Of a stretch of DNA of 64,000 nt, positions 38,016-47,968 are shown piece after piece. The stretch lies in the NCBI RefSeq assembly GCF_000006765.1, contig NC_002516.2, one strand, 5' to 3'. Position numbers and translations under genes: made by a program. The DNA is from Pseudomonas aeruginosa PAO1. GTDB lineage: Bacteria; Pseudomonadota; Gammaproteobacteria; Pseudomonadales; Pseudomonadaceae. Below the pieces are notes generated by a model. The model made no database searches and had not been told where the DNA came from. It saw only the letters and a program-made list of their open reading frames with translations. Position 1 is the first letter of the stretch, and each line of letters starts with the position of its first letter.

Positions 38016-39643
38016 TCCGCCTGTTCTGCAGCCTGCTTCTCGCGCTCCTCTGCGTCTCCGCCCACGCCAGCTTCAGCGCCAGCGTCGACCGCGCCCGCCT
38101 GACCGAAGGGGAAAGCGTCGAACTGACGCTGGAATCGGACGACCCGACCCTCTTCGGCAAGCCCGACCTGAGCCCGCTGGACGCCCTCTTCGAGGTCCTC
38201 GGCACGCGCCAGGTCAACCGTCTCGCCACACAGAACGGCCGGGCCCAGGCCACCACCCGCTGGATCGTCACCCTCCTGCCGAAGCAGAGCGGCTACGTGG
38301 CGATCCCGCCGATCAGCCTCGGCGCCAGCAGCACCCAGCCGATCAGGCTGCACGTACTGGAGGCGCGCGACCGCGCCAAGAGCAGCAAGCTGGCGCCGGT
38401 CTTCATCGATGCCAGCGTCGACCAGGAGACGGTCTACGTGCAGGCCCAGGCGATCCTCACCCTGCGCATCTACCACTCGGTGTCGCTATACGACGACAGC
38501 AGCCTGACCCCGCTGGCGATGAACGACGCGAAGGTCGAACAGCTCGGCGAGGCGCGCACCTACGAGAAGGAGATCAACGGCATCCGCCACGGCGTGATCG
38601 AGGTGCGCTACGCGATCTTCCCGCAGAAGAGCGGCACCCTGGAGATTCCTGCGCAAGCCTTCAGCGCGACCCTGGTCGACCGTGGCAGTGACGACTACAA
38701 CCCCTTCGGCCCGCGCCCCGGCCGGCAGATGCGGGTGACTTCGCCGAGCATCCCGCTGCAGGTCCGGCCCAAGCCTGCCGACTATCCGGCCGACGCGCCC
38801 TGGATGCCGGCCCGCGCGCTGAGCATCAGCGAAAGCTGGAGCCCGCAGCCGGAGCAGGCGCAGGTCGGCGAATCGCTGACGCGCAATGTGCTGCTGAAGG
38901 TCGAGGGGCTTTCCGGCACCCAGCTTCCGCCGTTGCCGCTGCCCGACGTGCAAGGCCTGCGGCGCTACCCGGACCAACCGCAGTTGGCCGACCAGAGCAC
39001 CGACCAGGGCCTCATCGGCAGTCGCGAGGAACGCGAGGCGCTGGTGCCCGAGCAGGCCGGGCGCATCGAGTTGCCGGCGCTCGAAGTGGTCTGGTGGAAC
39101 ACCCGCGAAGACCGCCTGGAGCGCACCAGCCTGCCACCGCGCACCCTGGAAGTGGCCGCCGCGCCGCAGGCCGAGGCGGAGCCGCCGGCGGCGGCGCTGC
39201 CGCTCGGCGAACGCCTGGAGCCGACGCTCTGGCCCTGGCAACTGGCTACCGCCGTGCTGGCCCTGACCACCCTGCTCGGCTTCGGCCTCTGGTGGCGCGC
39301 CCGCCAGCTGCCGGCGGTGATCCGCGCCGCGGCCAACGGCCCGAGCAGCCGCAGCCTGCTCGACGAGCTGCGCCGCGCCTGCCTGGCCAACGATCCCCAG
39401 GCGACCCGCCAGGCCCTGGACGCCTGGGCCCGTCAGCAACCCGATACCCTGGCCGACATGGCGGCCCGCTTCGTACCGCTGTCCGACGCCCTGGATGGCC
39501 TCAACGGCGCGCTGTACAGCGAGAGCGGCCATTCCTGGCAGGGCGAGGACCTGTGGCGGGCGATCCGCGCCCTGCCCACCACGGAACAAGCGCCGGCGGG
39601 AGCGGTCGACAATGGCGGCCTGCCACCGCTCTATCCGCGCTGA
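38012..39643 (+). CDS. BatD-family protein
   Basis: Start MIRLFCS (543 aa). Signal peptide, repeated beta-sandwich segments and a C-terminal TM helix. Confidence 0.85.
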   Translation: MIRLFCSLLLALLCVSAHASFSASVDRARLTEGESVELTLESDDPTLFGKPDLSPLDALFEVLGTRQVNRLATQNGRAQATTRWIVTLLPKQSGYVAIPPISLGASSTQPIRLHVLEARDRAKSSKLAPVFIDASVDQETVYVQAQAILTLRIYHSVSLYDDSSLTPLAMNDAKVEQLGEARTYEKEINGIRHGVIEVRYAIFPQKSGTLEIPAQAFSATLVDRGSDDYNPFGPRPGRQMRVTSPSIPLQVRPKPADYPADAPWMPARALSISESWSPQPEQAQVGESLTRNVLLKVEGLSGTQLPPLPLPDVQGLRRYPDQPQLADQSTDQGLIGSREEREALVPEQAGRIELPALEVVWWNTREDRLERTSLPPRTLEVAAAPQAEAEPPAAALPLGERLEPTLWPWQLATAVLALTTLLGFGLWWRARQLPAVIRAAANGPSSRSLLDELRRACLANDPQATRQALDAWARQQPDTLADMAARFVPLSDALDGLNGALYSESGHSWQGEDLWRAIRALPTTEQAPAGAVDNGGLPPLYPR

Positions 39644-39696
39644 ACGGCGCTATGGTTAGGACTGGCACGACATTCCGATTCCGCAAGAGGGCCCGC

Positions 39697-40776
39697 ATGC
39701 GCTTCCGTACCCTGTACCTCGTCCTGTGCGGCCTGCTCCTGGGCCACGCCGCGACGGCCGCCGAACCGCCGACCGCGCCCACGCCGCCGACGCAGCCGGC
39801 CGAAGGGCCGGGCGGCGCGGACTATCGCCATGCCAGCGTGCATCAGTGGCACTTCGGCGAAGGCGCTCGCGAATACTGGGTGTTCACCCCCGAGCAACCG
39901 GTCCCCGGCAACGCTCCGCTGGTGATCTTCCTGCACGGCTGGAGCGTGATGCAGCCGGACCTCTACCGCGCCTGGATCGACCATATCGTCCGCCGCGGCA
40001 TGGTGGTGGTCTACCCACGCTACCAGCCGGACCTGAAGACGCCCAACGCAGCCTTCCTCGACAATGCCGCCGGCGCCCTCGGCGACGCCCTCAGGCGCCT
40101 GCAGGCCGGCGAGCTGGGGGTGCGCCCGCGGCTGAACCAGGTCGCCTACCTCGGCCACTCCGCCGGCGGACTGCTCGCCGCCAACCTGGCGGCCGCCAGC
40201 GAACGCCTGAAGCTGCCGGCGGCGAAGGCGCTGATGGTGGTCGAGCCCGGCAAGAGCCAGGGCAAGCGCTGGGACGGCGTGGCCCAGGAACGCCTGTCGG
40301 GGCTGGCCAAGGGCACCCTGCTGCTGGCGGTCTGCGGCGACGAGGACAGCCACGTGGCCTGCACCGACGCCAAGCGCATCTACCGCCAGAGCCGGCACAT
40401 TCCGCCCAGCGACAAGAACCTGCTGCTGCTGCGCAGCGATCGCCACGGCGCTCCGCCGCTGCTGGCCAACCACGCGGCACCCACCGCGCCGGTATTCGGC
40501 CCGCAGTATCCGAAGGAAGAAGACAGCGACTGGTTGCTCGACCGCGTCGAGAAGCGCCTCGAAGTCCAGCAGGCCGAAGGCCGCTATACCGGCCACGACC
40601 CGCTGGTGATCGACGCCCTCGACTGGTACGGCACCTGGAAGCTGTTCGATGGCCTCACCGACGCGGCGTTCTACAACCGCAACCGCCAGTACGCCCTGGG
40701 CGCTACGCCGGAGCAGACCGGCATGGGCCAGTGGAGCGACGGCACCCCGGTGAAGCCGATCAAGGTGCTCAAGTAG
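39697..40776 (+). CDS. Exported alpha/beta hydrolase (chlorophyllase/cutinase-like)
   Basis: Start MRFRTLY (359 aa). Signal peptide, IFLHGW and GHSAGG. Confidence 0.78.
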   Translation: MRFRTLYLVLCGLLLGHAATAAEPPTAPTPPTQPAEGPGGADYRHASVHQWHFGEGAREYWVFTPEQPVPGNAPLVIFLHGWSVMQPDLYRAWIDHIVRRGMVVVYPRYQPDLKTPNAAFLDNAAGALGDALRRLQAGELGVRPRLNQVAYLGHSAGGLLAANLAAASERLKLPAAKALMVVEPGKSQGKRWDGVAQERLSGLAKGTLLLAVCGDEDSHVACTDAKRIYRQSRHIPPSDKNLLLLRSDRHGAPPLLANHAAPTAPVFGPQYPKEEDSDWLLDRVEKRLEVQQAEGRYTGHDPLVIDALDWYGTWKLFDGLTDAAFYNRNRQYALGATPEQTGMGQWSDGTPVKPIKVLK

Positions 40777-40837
40777 GCGCGGGCAACGCCCGCGGCGAAC
40801 CAGGCACAGCGTCCCATCCGTCATGCGAACAGATACC

Positions 40838-41509
40838 ATGCATATCCACGTACTCGTCGTCGAAGACAACTTCGATCTCGCCGGCACCGTCATCGACTAC
40901 CTCGAGGCCGCCGGGGTGGTCTGCGATCACGCCCGCGACGGCCAGGCCGGCCTCAACCTGGCGCGCGCCAACCGCTACGACGTGATCCTGCTGGACATCA
41001 TGCTGCCGCGCATCAACGGCCGGCAGGTCTGTCGCCAGCTGCGCGAAGCCGGCCTGCAGACCCCGGTACTCATGCTCACCGCCCTGGATACCCTGCAGGA
41101 CAAGCTCGACGGCTTCGACGCCGGCGCCGACGACTACCTGCTCAAGCCCTTCGAACTGCCGGAGCTGCTGGTCCGCCTGCAAGCCCTCAGCCGGCGCCGC
41201 AGCGGCCAGGCCCAGCGCCTGCAGGTCGACGACCTGGTGATGGACCTCGACAGCCGCCAGGCCAGCCGCGGCGGCACGCCCCTGGCGCTGTCCCCCACCG
41301 CCTGGAAGATCCTTGAGTGCCTGATGCGCGCCAGCCCCGCGCTGGTCACCCGCGAGCAGCTGGGGCGCAGCGTCTGGGGCGACGAACCGCCGGAAAGCAA
41401 CACCCTCAACGTGCACATGCACCACCTGCGCAGCACCGTCGACAAGGGGTTCGCCACCCCTCTGATCCATACCCTGCACAGCGTCGGCTTCCAGCTGGAG
41501 CGCAAATGA
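40838..41509 (+). CDS. cprR: OmpR-family response regulator CprR
   Basis: Start MHIHVLVVED (223 aa). LDIMLP, GADDYLLKPF and a winged-helix C-terminus. The name comes from recalled synteny. Confidence 0.85.
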   Translation: MHIHVLVVEDNFDLAGTVIDYLEAAGVVCDHARDGQAGLNLARANRYDVILLDIMLPRINGRQVCRQLREAGLQTPVLMLTALDTLQDKLDGFDAGADDYLLKPFELPELLVRLQALSRRRSGQAQRLQVDDLVMDLDSRQASRGGTPLALSPTAWKILECLMRASPALVTREQLGRSVWGDEPPESNTLNVHMHHLRSTVDKGFATPLIHTLHSVGFQLERK

Positions 41510-42801
41510 AACGCGGCCTGAGCCTGATCCCCATCGTCGGCGGCGGCGTCACCCTGATCCTCGCCGGGGTGTTGCTGGTCTACACGCGCATGCTCGGCGA
41601 CTACGGCGAGACCGGCGCCCTCTACCTGCTCAGCATGATGATGGAAGAGGAAGGGCTGTACTTCGCCCAGCGCTACCAGGAAGACCCGGCTACGCCGGCG
41701 CCGGACAGCTACTACTTCAAGGGCAGCGTCGGCACCGCGGGGCTGCCGCCGAAACTCAGGGAGATGCTCGACACCCCGCCCTACAAGAGCATCGGCGCCA
41801 TGCAACTGCTCGGCAACTGGGACGACGATGACGAAGAGGAGGATGACGACGCGCCCAGCGACGATGCCTACGTGGTGGTCCGCCAGCCACTGGCCGACGG
41901 CAAGACGCTCTACCTCTACGACAACGACGCCGCCGGCAGCATCGACACGCCGCTGTCCGACGCCATCATCGACGCCCGCGTCAGGCAGACCTGGATCGTC
42001 ACCCTGTCGGTCACCCTGCCTTCGCTGGCCGCCGTCGGCCTGCTGGTCTGGTTCATCGTCGCGCCGTTGCGCAAGCTGACGCGCTGGTCGATGACCCTCG
42101 ACGACCTCGCCCCGGACAGCCAGCGGCCGCGCTTCAACTACCGCGAACTCAACGTGCTGGCGGATACCCTGTGGAACAGCGTGACCCGGATCAAGGACTT
42201 CAGCCAGCGCGAGGAGCGCTTCCTGCGCTACGCCAGCCATGAGCTGCGCACCCCGCTGGCGGTGATCGGCATGAACCTGGAGTTGCTCGACCAACCCGGC
42301 CGCGCGCCCTCCCCGCATGCCTTGCAACGCATCCGCCGCTCGGCGCTGGGCATGCAGCAGATGACCGAGACCCTGCTCTGGCTCAGCCGCGAGAGCGGCG
42401 AACTGCGCGACGACGGACACATCGAGGTCGGCCGCCTGCTGGAGGAACTGCTCGAGGAACAGCAGGCGCTGAGCCAGCGCCGCGGCCTGACCTTCCACCT
42501 CGACGTGGAGCCACACAGCCTGCCGCAGACCCGCGCACGGATCATCATCGGCAACCTGCTGCGCAACGCCCTGCAGTACAGCGACGAGGGCGTGGTGGAA
42601 ATCGTCGTGCGCGACCGCAGCCTGCTGATCAGCAACCCCATCGGTGCGGCCCAGGGCACGGAGGAGTCGATGGCGTTCGGTTATGGCCTGGGCCTCGACC
42701 TGGTCCAGCGCCTGTGCCAGAAGAGTGGCTGGCGCCTGCATTACAGCAGCGACGAGCAGCGCTTCCGCTGCGAGCTGCTGTTCCCCGCCACGCCGGACTG
42801 A
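41506..42801 (+). CDS. cprS: Sensor histidine kinase CprS
   Basis: Start MKRGLS (431 aa). Two TM helices, acidic periplasmic loop, ASHELRTPL H-box and NLLRNA N-box. Confidence 0.85.
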   Translation: MKRGLSLIPIVGGGVTLILAGVLLVYTRMLGDYGETGALYLLSMMMEEEGLYFAQRYQEDPATPAPDSYYFKGSVGTAGLPPKLREMLDTPPYKSIGAMQLLGNWDDDDEEEDDDAPSDDAYVVVRQPLADGKTLYLYDNDAAGSIDTPLSDAIIDARVRQTWIVTLSVTLPSLAAVGLLVWFIVAPLRKLTRWSMTLDDLAPDSQRPRFNYRELNVLADTLWNSVTRIKDFSQREERFLRYASHELRTPLAVIGMNLELLDQPGRAPSPHALQRIRRSALGMQQMTETLLWLSRESGELRDDGHIEVGRLLEELLEEQQALSQRRGLTFHLDVEPHSLPQTRARIIIGNLLRNALQYSDEGVVEIVVRDRSLLISNPIGAAQGTEESMAFGYGLGLDLVQRLCQKSGWRLHYSSDEQRFRCELLFPATPD

Positions 42802-42823
42802 AGCGCGACGGCCTTCCTCCGCA

Positions 42824-42853
42824 CAAAAAAACCGCGGCCGGGGCCGCGGTCTT
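42824..42853. terminator. Terminator between cprS and the RND gene
   Basis: A7 run followed by the stem accgcggcc/ggccgcggt. Confidence 0.75.
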
Positions 42854-42871
42854 GGCGGGGCTCGGCGCGAC

Positions 42872-45253
42872 TCAGTGAGCGAACAGCGAGGCCTTCCTGG
42901 CCTGCAGCTTGGCCGGGTTGATCAGGAAACGCGCCAGGGCCGGCAGCAGCCAGAGGGCGCCGAACATGTTCCAGAGCAGCATGAAGGTCAGCATCAGGCC
43001 CATGTCGGCCTGGAACTTGATCGCCGAGAAGATCCAGGTGGCCACGCCGATCGCCAGGCACAGGCCGGTGAACAGCACCGCCTTGCCGGTGGAGCGGAGG
43101 GTCTCGTAGTAGGCCTCCTGCAACGGCAGGCCCATGCGCAGGAAAGACTCCAGGCGGGTGTAGATGTAGATCCCGTAGTCCACCCCGATGCCGACGCCGA
43201 GGGCGATCACCGGCAGGGTCGCGACCTTCACGCCGATGCCCAGCGCCGCCATCAGCGCGTTGCCCAGCACCGAGGTGAGGATCAGCGGCAGGACGATGCA
43301 GAGGGTCGCGGCGAAGGAACGGAAGGTGATCATGCACATGGCCGCCACGCAGATGTACACCAGAACCAGGATGATCAGTTCGGACTGCTTGATCACCTCG
43401 TTGGTGGCGGCCTCGATCCCGGCGTTGCCGGCGGCCAGCTGGAACTGCAGGTCGTCCTTGTCGTTCTCCGCGGCGAAGGCCTGCACCGCCGCCACCGCGC
43501 GGTCGAGGGTCTCGGCCTTGTGGTCGTTGAGGAAGACCAGCAGCGGCGCCAGCGAGCAGTCGGTGTTGTAGAGACCGTCGGCACGGGCGATGGAGTTGTT
43601 CAGCACGTCCTGGTTGCGCGACAGGGTCTCCCATTTCAGGTTGCCTTCGTTCATCCCCTTGATCACCTGCTTGGACACGGTGACCATCGAGATCGCCGAC
43701 TGCACGCCCTCGGTGTTCTCCAGCTTCCAGGCCAGCTCGTCCATGGCCGCCAGGGCCTGGTGGGTGGAGCAGCCTTCCGGGGAGGTCTTGACCATCACCA
43801 CCAGCACGTCCGAACTGGTCGAGTAGTTGCGGATGATGAAGTCGTTGTCGAGGTTGTAGCGCGAGTCGGGACGCAGTTCCGGCGCGCCCTGGTCGAGGTC
43901 GCCGATCTTCAGGTGCTTGCCATACCAGAGGCCGCCGCCGAGCATCAGCAGGGCGATGGCGATGGACACCGGGGCCACCTTCGGGCTGGAGAAGTTCGAC
44001 AGCAGGCGCCAGAACGGGTGCTCGCGCACCGCGTCATCCTTGCTGCGCTGCACCGCCTTCTTGCTGATGCCGATGTAGGAGATCGCCACGGGCAGCAGGA
44101 TCAGGTTGGTGAAGACGATCACCGCCACGCCGATCGAGGCGCCGATGGCCAGCTCGCGGATCACCCCGATGTCGATCACCAGCAGGGTGATGAAGCCGAC
44201 GGCGTCGGCGAGGATCGCGATCATCCCCGGCAGGAACAGTTGGCGGAAGGTCAGCCGCGCCGCCATCAGCGCATTGTCGGCGCCGCTGGACTGCAAGGCG
44301 ATGCCATTGATCTTCTGCACGCCGTGGGAAATACCGATGGCGAAGATCAGGAACGGCACCAGCATCGAATAGGGATCGAGGCCGAAACCGACCAGGTTGA
44401 GCAGGCCAAGCTGCCAGAGCACCGCGACCAGGGTGGTGATCAGCACGGCGATGGTGCTGCGGATGCACTTGGTGAACCAGTACAGCAGGACCAGGGTGAT
44501 CAGCAGGCAGATACCGAAGAAGCCGACCACCATCACCAGCCCGTCGATCAGGTCGCCGACCTTCTTCGCGAAGCCGACGATGTGCACCTTCACGTTGGGG
44601 TTCTGCAACTGGTACTTGTCGCGGATCTTCTCTTCCAGCTCATGGGAGAACTGGCGGTAGTCGAGCTTGATCAGTTCGCTCTGGTTCTTCGGGTTCGGGT
44701 ACATCTCCAGCAGCGGTACGTCGACGATGCTCGACTTGAAGTTGTTCGCCACCAGGCGGCCGATCTGCCCGGACTTGAGCACGTTGTTGCGCAGTTCCTC
44801 CAGCGCCCGCGGCGAACCGTCGTAGGTCTGCGGGATCACCTCGCCGCCGGCGAAGCCTTCCTCGGTCACTTCGGTCCAGCGCACGCTGGGGCTCCACAAC
44901 GACTTCAGGCCGGAACGGTCGACGCCGGGGATGTAGAACACCTCGTCATGGATCTGCCGGAGCGTCTCCATGTACTCCTTGGTGAAGATGTCGCCGTTCA
45001 CCGCCTCCACCGAGATGCGCACGGTGTTGCCGAGGTTGGCCAGGTCGTTGCGGTGCTCGAGCATTTTCTGGATGAACGGGTGCTCCAGCGGGATCATCTT
45101 CTCGAAGCTGGTGGACGGCCGCACCTGGGTGGCCTGGTAGAACAGGAAGACGCTGACCAGCACGCAGAGGAAGATCACCACCGGCCGGTTGTTGAAGATC
45201 AGGCGTTCGAGCAGGCTCGCCTTGTTTTGCTGATGCTGGTTCATGGCACTCAT
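42872..45253 (-). CDS. MMPL/RND-family transporter
   Basis: 793 aa. Two repeats of TM clusters plus periplasmic domains; GIGVDY motif. Confidence 0.9.
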   Translation of the reverse strand: MSAMNQHQQNKASLLERLIFNNRPVVIFLCVLVSVFLFYQATQVRPSTSFEKMIPLEHPFIQKMLEHRNDLANLGNTVRISVEAVNGDIFTKEYMETLRQIHDEVFYIPGVDRSGLKSLWSPSVRWTEVTEEGFAGGEVIPQTYDGSPRALEELRNNVLKSGQIGRLVANNFKSSIVDVPLLEMYPNPKNQSELIKLDYRQFSHELEEKIRDKYQLQNPNVKVHIVGFAKKVGDLIDGLVMVVGFFGICLLITLVLLYWFTKCIRSTIAVLITTLVAVLWQLGLLNLVGFGLDPYSMLVPFLIFAIGISHGVQKINGIALQSSGADNALMAARLTFRQLFLPGMIAILADAVGFITLLVIDIGVIRELAIGASIGVAVIVFTNLILLPVAISYIGISKKAVQRSKDDAVREHPFWRLLSNFSSPKVAPVSIAIALLMLGGGLWYGKHLKIGDLDQGAPELRPDSRYNLDNDFIIRNYSTSSDVLVVMVKTSPEGCSTHQALAAMDELAWKLENTEGVQSAISMVTVSKQVIKGMNEGNLKWETLSRNQDVLNNSIARADGLYNTDCSLAPLLVFLNDHKAETLDRAVAAVQAFAAENDKDDLQFQLAAGNAGIEAATNEVIKQSELIILVLVYICVAAMCMITFRSFAATLCIVLPLILTSVLGNALMAALGIGVKVATLPVIALGVGIGVDYGIYIYTRLESFLRMGLPLQEAYYETLRSTGKAVLFTGLCLAIGVATWIFSAIKFQADMGLMLTFMLLWNMFGALWLLPALARFLINPAKLQARKASLFAH

Positions 45254-45265
45254 GCGACCCCCGCC

Positions 45266-46363
45266 TTATTGTTGTTGTTCGAGCGCGGCACCGTTCGCCG
45301 CAGCGAGGTGCACGCCGCCCTGGCCGACCAGGATCAGGTGGCCGTCGCCGGTGGCGCTGACGCCGGCCAGGGACAGCCGGTCGGGACGGTTGAACACGCT
45401 GAAGCTGCGCCCGCCGTCGGTGCTTTCGAGGACACTGCCGCCGTGGCCGACCACGACGATACGCCCGTCCGCCAGCAGCGCACCGTCGGAGAGACCGAAT
45501 TCCAGGTCGCCGGACGCCGCCTTCAGCGGTATCTCTTCCCAGCTGTCGCCGAAATCGGCGGAGCGGAACAGGTGGCCGCGCAGGCCGTAGACCAGCACGC
45601 CGCCCGCATCGGCGGTACCGATGGCGCCGAACAGCGAGCCCTCGTAGGGGCCTTCGAGTTTTTCCCAGGTGGCGCCCCAGTCCTTCGAGCGGAACAGGCT
45701 GCCGGCTTCGCCGACCACCAGCAGGCCGTTGTCCTTGACCGCGGCGATGGCGTTGAGGTGGAACTGGTCCTCGTTGTCCAGGCGCTCGCTGACGTCTTCC
45801 CAGTGCTGGCCGCCGTCGCGGGTCTCCAGCAGCGCGCCATAGGCACCGACGGCCAGGCCGTGCTGTTCGTCGGCGAACCAGATGTCCAGCAACGGCGCTT
45901 CGCGGCCGAGGTCCTCGAACTGCCTGGCCCAGGTGCTGCCGGCGTCGTCGCTGACGAGGATCTGCGCATCGTGCCCGACCGCCCAGCCCTTGCGCTCGTT
46001 GACGAAGAACACCGAGGTGAGCAACTGGCGGGTCGGCACCTTGGCCTGGGTCCAGGTCTTGCCGTCGTCGTCGGAGAGCAGGATATGCCCACGGTCGCCG
46101 ACCGCGACCAGCCGCTTGCCGGCATGGGCGACGCTGAGCAGCAGGCTGCTGGCGGCCTTCGGCGACTCCACGGCGAATTGCGGCGGCGCGGCGGTTGGCG
46201 TCGACTCGGCCAGGACCGGGGTGGCGGCGAAGGTCAGAAGAGAAAGCGCCCCGAGAAACGACAGGGCCCTGCTGGCCAGGGGCGATCTGGAAGGAATGGC
46301 CGGATGCCGCGAAGCGTCCGCGGTTTGGCCGGGCGAAGTGCGCCACGTCATGGGCTCACGCAT
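45266..46363 (-). CDS. YCF48/BNR-repeat beta-propeller protein
   Basis: Start MREPM (365 aa). Repeated SxDxGxTW Asp-boxes and GWAVG repeats. Confidence 0.88.
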   Translation of the reverse strand: MREPMTWRTSPGQTADASRHPAIPSRSPLASRALSFLGALSLLTFAATPVLAESTPTAAPPQFAVESPKAASSLLLSVAHAGKRLVAVGDRGHILLSDDDGKTWTQAKVPTRQLLTSVFFVNERKGWAVGHDAQILVSDDAGSTWARQFEDLGREAPLLDIWFADEQHGLAVGAYGALLETRDGGQHWEDVSERLDNEDQFHLNAIAAVKDNGLLVVGEAGSLFRSKDWGATWEKLEGPYEGSLFGAIGTADAGGVLVYGLRGHLFRSADFGDSWEEIPLKAASGDLEFGLSDGALLADGRIVVVGHGGSVLESTDGGRSFSVFNRPDRLSLAGVSATGDGHLILVGQGGVHLAAANGAALEQQQ

Positions 46364-46542
46364 GGATACCGTCCCCGTTGTTGTTATTAGTGGTTCGTGG
46401 TGAGCGTTATATAGCCAGCGTTTGGCGACGGAGACAATTGAAGCCACGTTATCTTTTGTTAAGCGTGTAAGCCGTCTGTAACGGGGGATCGGCGCCGCCC
46501 TCCTCCCCCGAGGGAAGCGGTCGGCGCCGGCGAGCGGAGCGA

Positions 46543-47910
46543 TCAGCGGGTGCCGCGGCGGCGCAGGGCCGAGGGCTTGAAGTAGGAGTCGTCCGGTATC
46601 GCCTGGGTGAAGTCGATGGTACCCGGCTCCTCGTTGTCCAGGTTCTGCACGTGGTAGCGACGCGCCTGCAGGTCGTGGAACACGTCCAGCGCGCTCCAGG
46701 TGTACGGCAGGTCGTAGAAGTTCTTCAGGTAGGCCATCGACACCCGCCACAGTTCGCCGCGACCGTCGTACTGGTCGACCACCGCCGCGCTCCAGCTGTC
46801 CTCGTCGAGGTACAGGGTGCGCTTGGAGTAGATATGCCGCGCGCCCGGCTTCAGGGTGCCTTCCACCACCCATACGCGGTGCAGCTCGTAGCGGGTGTAT
46901 TGCGGATCGAGGTGGCCCGGCTTGAGCAGTTCCTCGTACTTCACCTCGGGGCTGCTGACCTTGTAGTTGTTGTAGGGAATGTAGATTTCCTTCTTGCCCA
47001 GCAGCTTCCAGTCATAGCGGTCCGGCGCGCCGTTGAACATGTCGGTGTCGTCGGCGGTGCGCAGGCCGTCGGCGGCGGCGATCGGCGTGTCGTAGGCAAG
47101 GTTCGGCGCACGCCGCACACGGCGCTGGCCGGCGTTGTAGCCCCAGGCCTGGCGCGGCTCCTTGACCTGGTCGAGGGTCTCGTGCACCAGCACCGCGCCG
47201 CCGGCCAGGCGCGCCGGGCTCTTGGTGAACGACAGGTAGTAGAACATCAGGTTGTTCAGGTCGGCGAAGCTGCCGCCCTTGAGGTAGTACTTGAACAGCG
47301 CTTCCTGCTGCGAGGTCACCAGCGAGTAGCTACCGTTGCGCTGTACCGCGACTTCCGAAGCGCGGCGCACGACATAGGTGCCGCGGTAGCGGGCGACGTG
47401 GTTCCACAGCGCCTCCACGCCGCTCTTCGGAATCGGGAACGGCACCCCGCCATAGGCGTCGGCGAACCCGTTGCCGCCGTCCAGCAGCCTGGCGCTGGTG
47501 GCATTGGCGAAGGTGTTGTCGTACAGCCACTGCGGCGCCGAACCGGAACGGCGACTGGGGTAGACCGGCATCCGGAAGCTGTCCGGGTAGGTCTTGAACA
47601 GCGCCAGCTGGCCCGGGGTCAGGTGTTCCCTGTACTGCTCCAGGTTGGCCTTGTCGATGGTGAACAGCGGCTTGTCCGCGGCGAACGGGTCCGGGTGGTG
47701 CTGGCCCGGCTTGTAGCCGGCCGGCGCCTGGGTAATGCCGCCGGTCCAGGCGGGAATGCTGCCGGCGGCGTTGCCGGCCTTCTCCGCGCCCAGCGGGGTG
47801 AGGCTCGACTTCAGTTGCGCCGCCTCGCCGGCGGAAACGCCGGCCAGCGCGCCGCCGCTGCCCAGTGCCAGCGCCAGGGAAGCGCCGATCAGCAGGTGCT
47901 TGTTCAACAT
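46543..47910 (-). CDS. DUF1329 periplasmic protein
   Basis: 455 aa. Signal peptide, TPLGAEKAGNAAGSIPAWTGG and QRRVRRAP. Confidence 0.88.
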   Translation of the reverse strand: MLNKHLLIGASLALALGSGGALAGVSAGEAAQLKSSLTPLGAEKAGNAAGSIPAWTGGITQAPAGYKPGQHHPDPFAADKPLFTIDKANLEQYREHLTPGQLALFKTYPDSFRMPVYPSRRSGSAPQWLYDNTFANATSARLLDGGNGFADAYGGVPFPIPKSGVEALWNHVARYRGTYVVRRASEVAVQRNGSYSLVTSQQEALFKYYLKGGSFADLNNLMFYYLSFTKSPARLAGGAVLVHETLDQVKEPRQAWGYNAGQRRVRRAPNLAYDTPIAAADGLRTADDTDMFNGAPDRYDWKLLGKKEIYIPYNNYKVSSPEVKYEELLKPGHLDPQYTRYELHRVWVVEGTLKPGARHIYSKRTLYLDEDSWSAAVVDQYDGRGELWRVSMAYLKNFYDLPYTWSALDVFHDLQARRYHVQNLDNEEPGTIDFTQAIPDDSYFKPSALRRRGTR

Positions 47911-47968
47911 GAGGGTTCTCCGTGTGAGGTGCCGGGCGCTCGCGGCGCCCGTGTCGTTATCGGTTCGG

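Noticed and set aside
39663-39677. Sigma-54-like TGGCAC upstream of the exported hydrolase
   Set aside because: The -12 position reads CG instead of the required GC.
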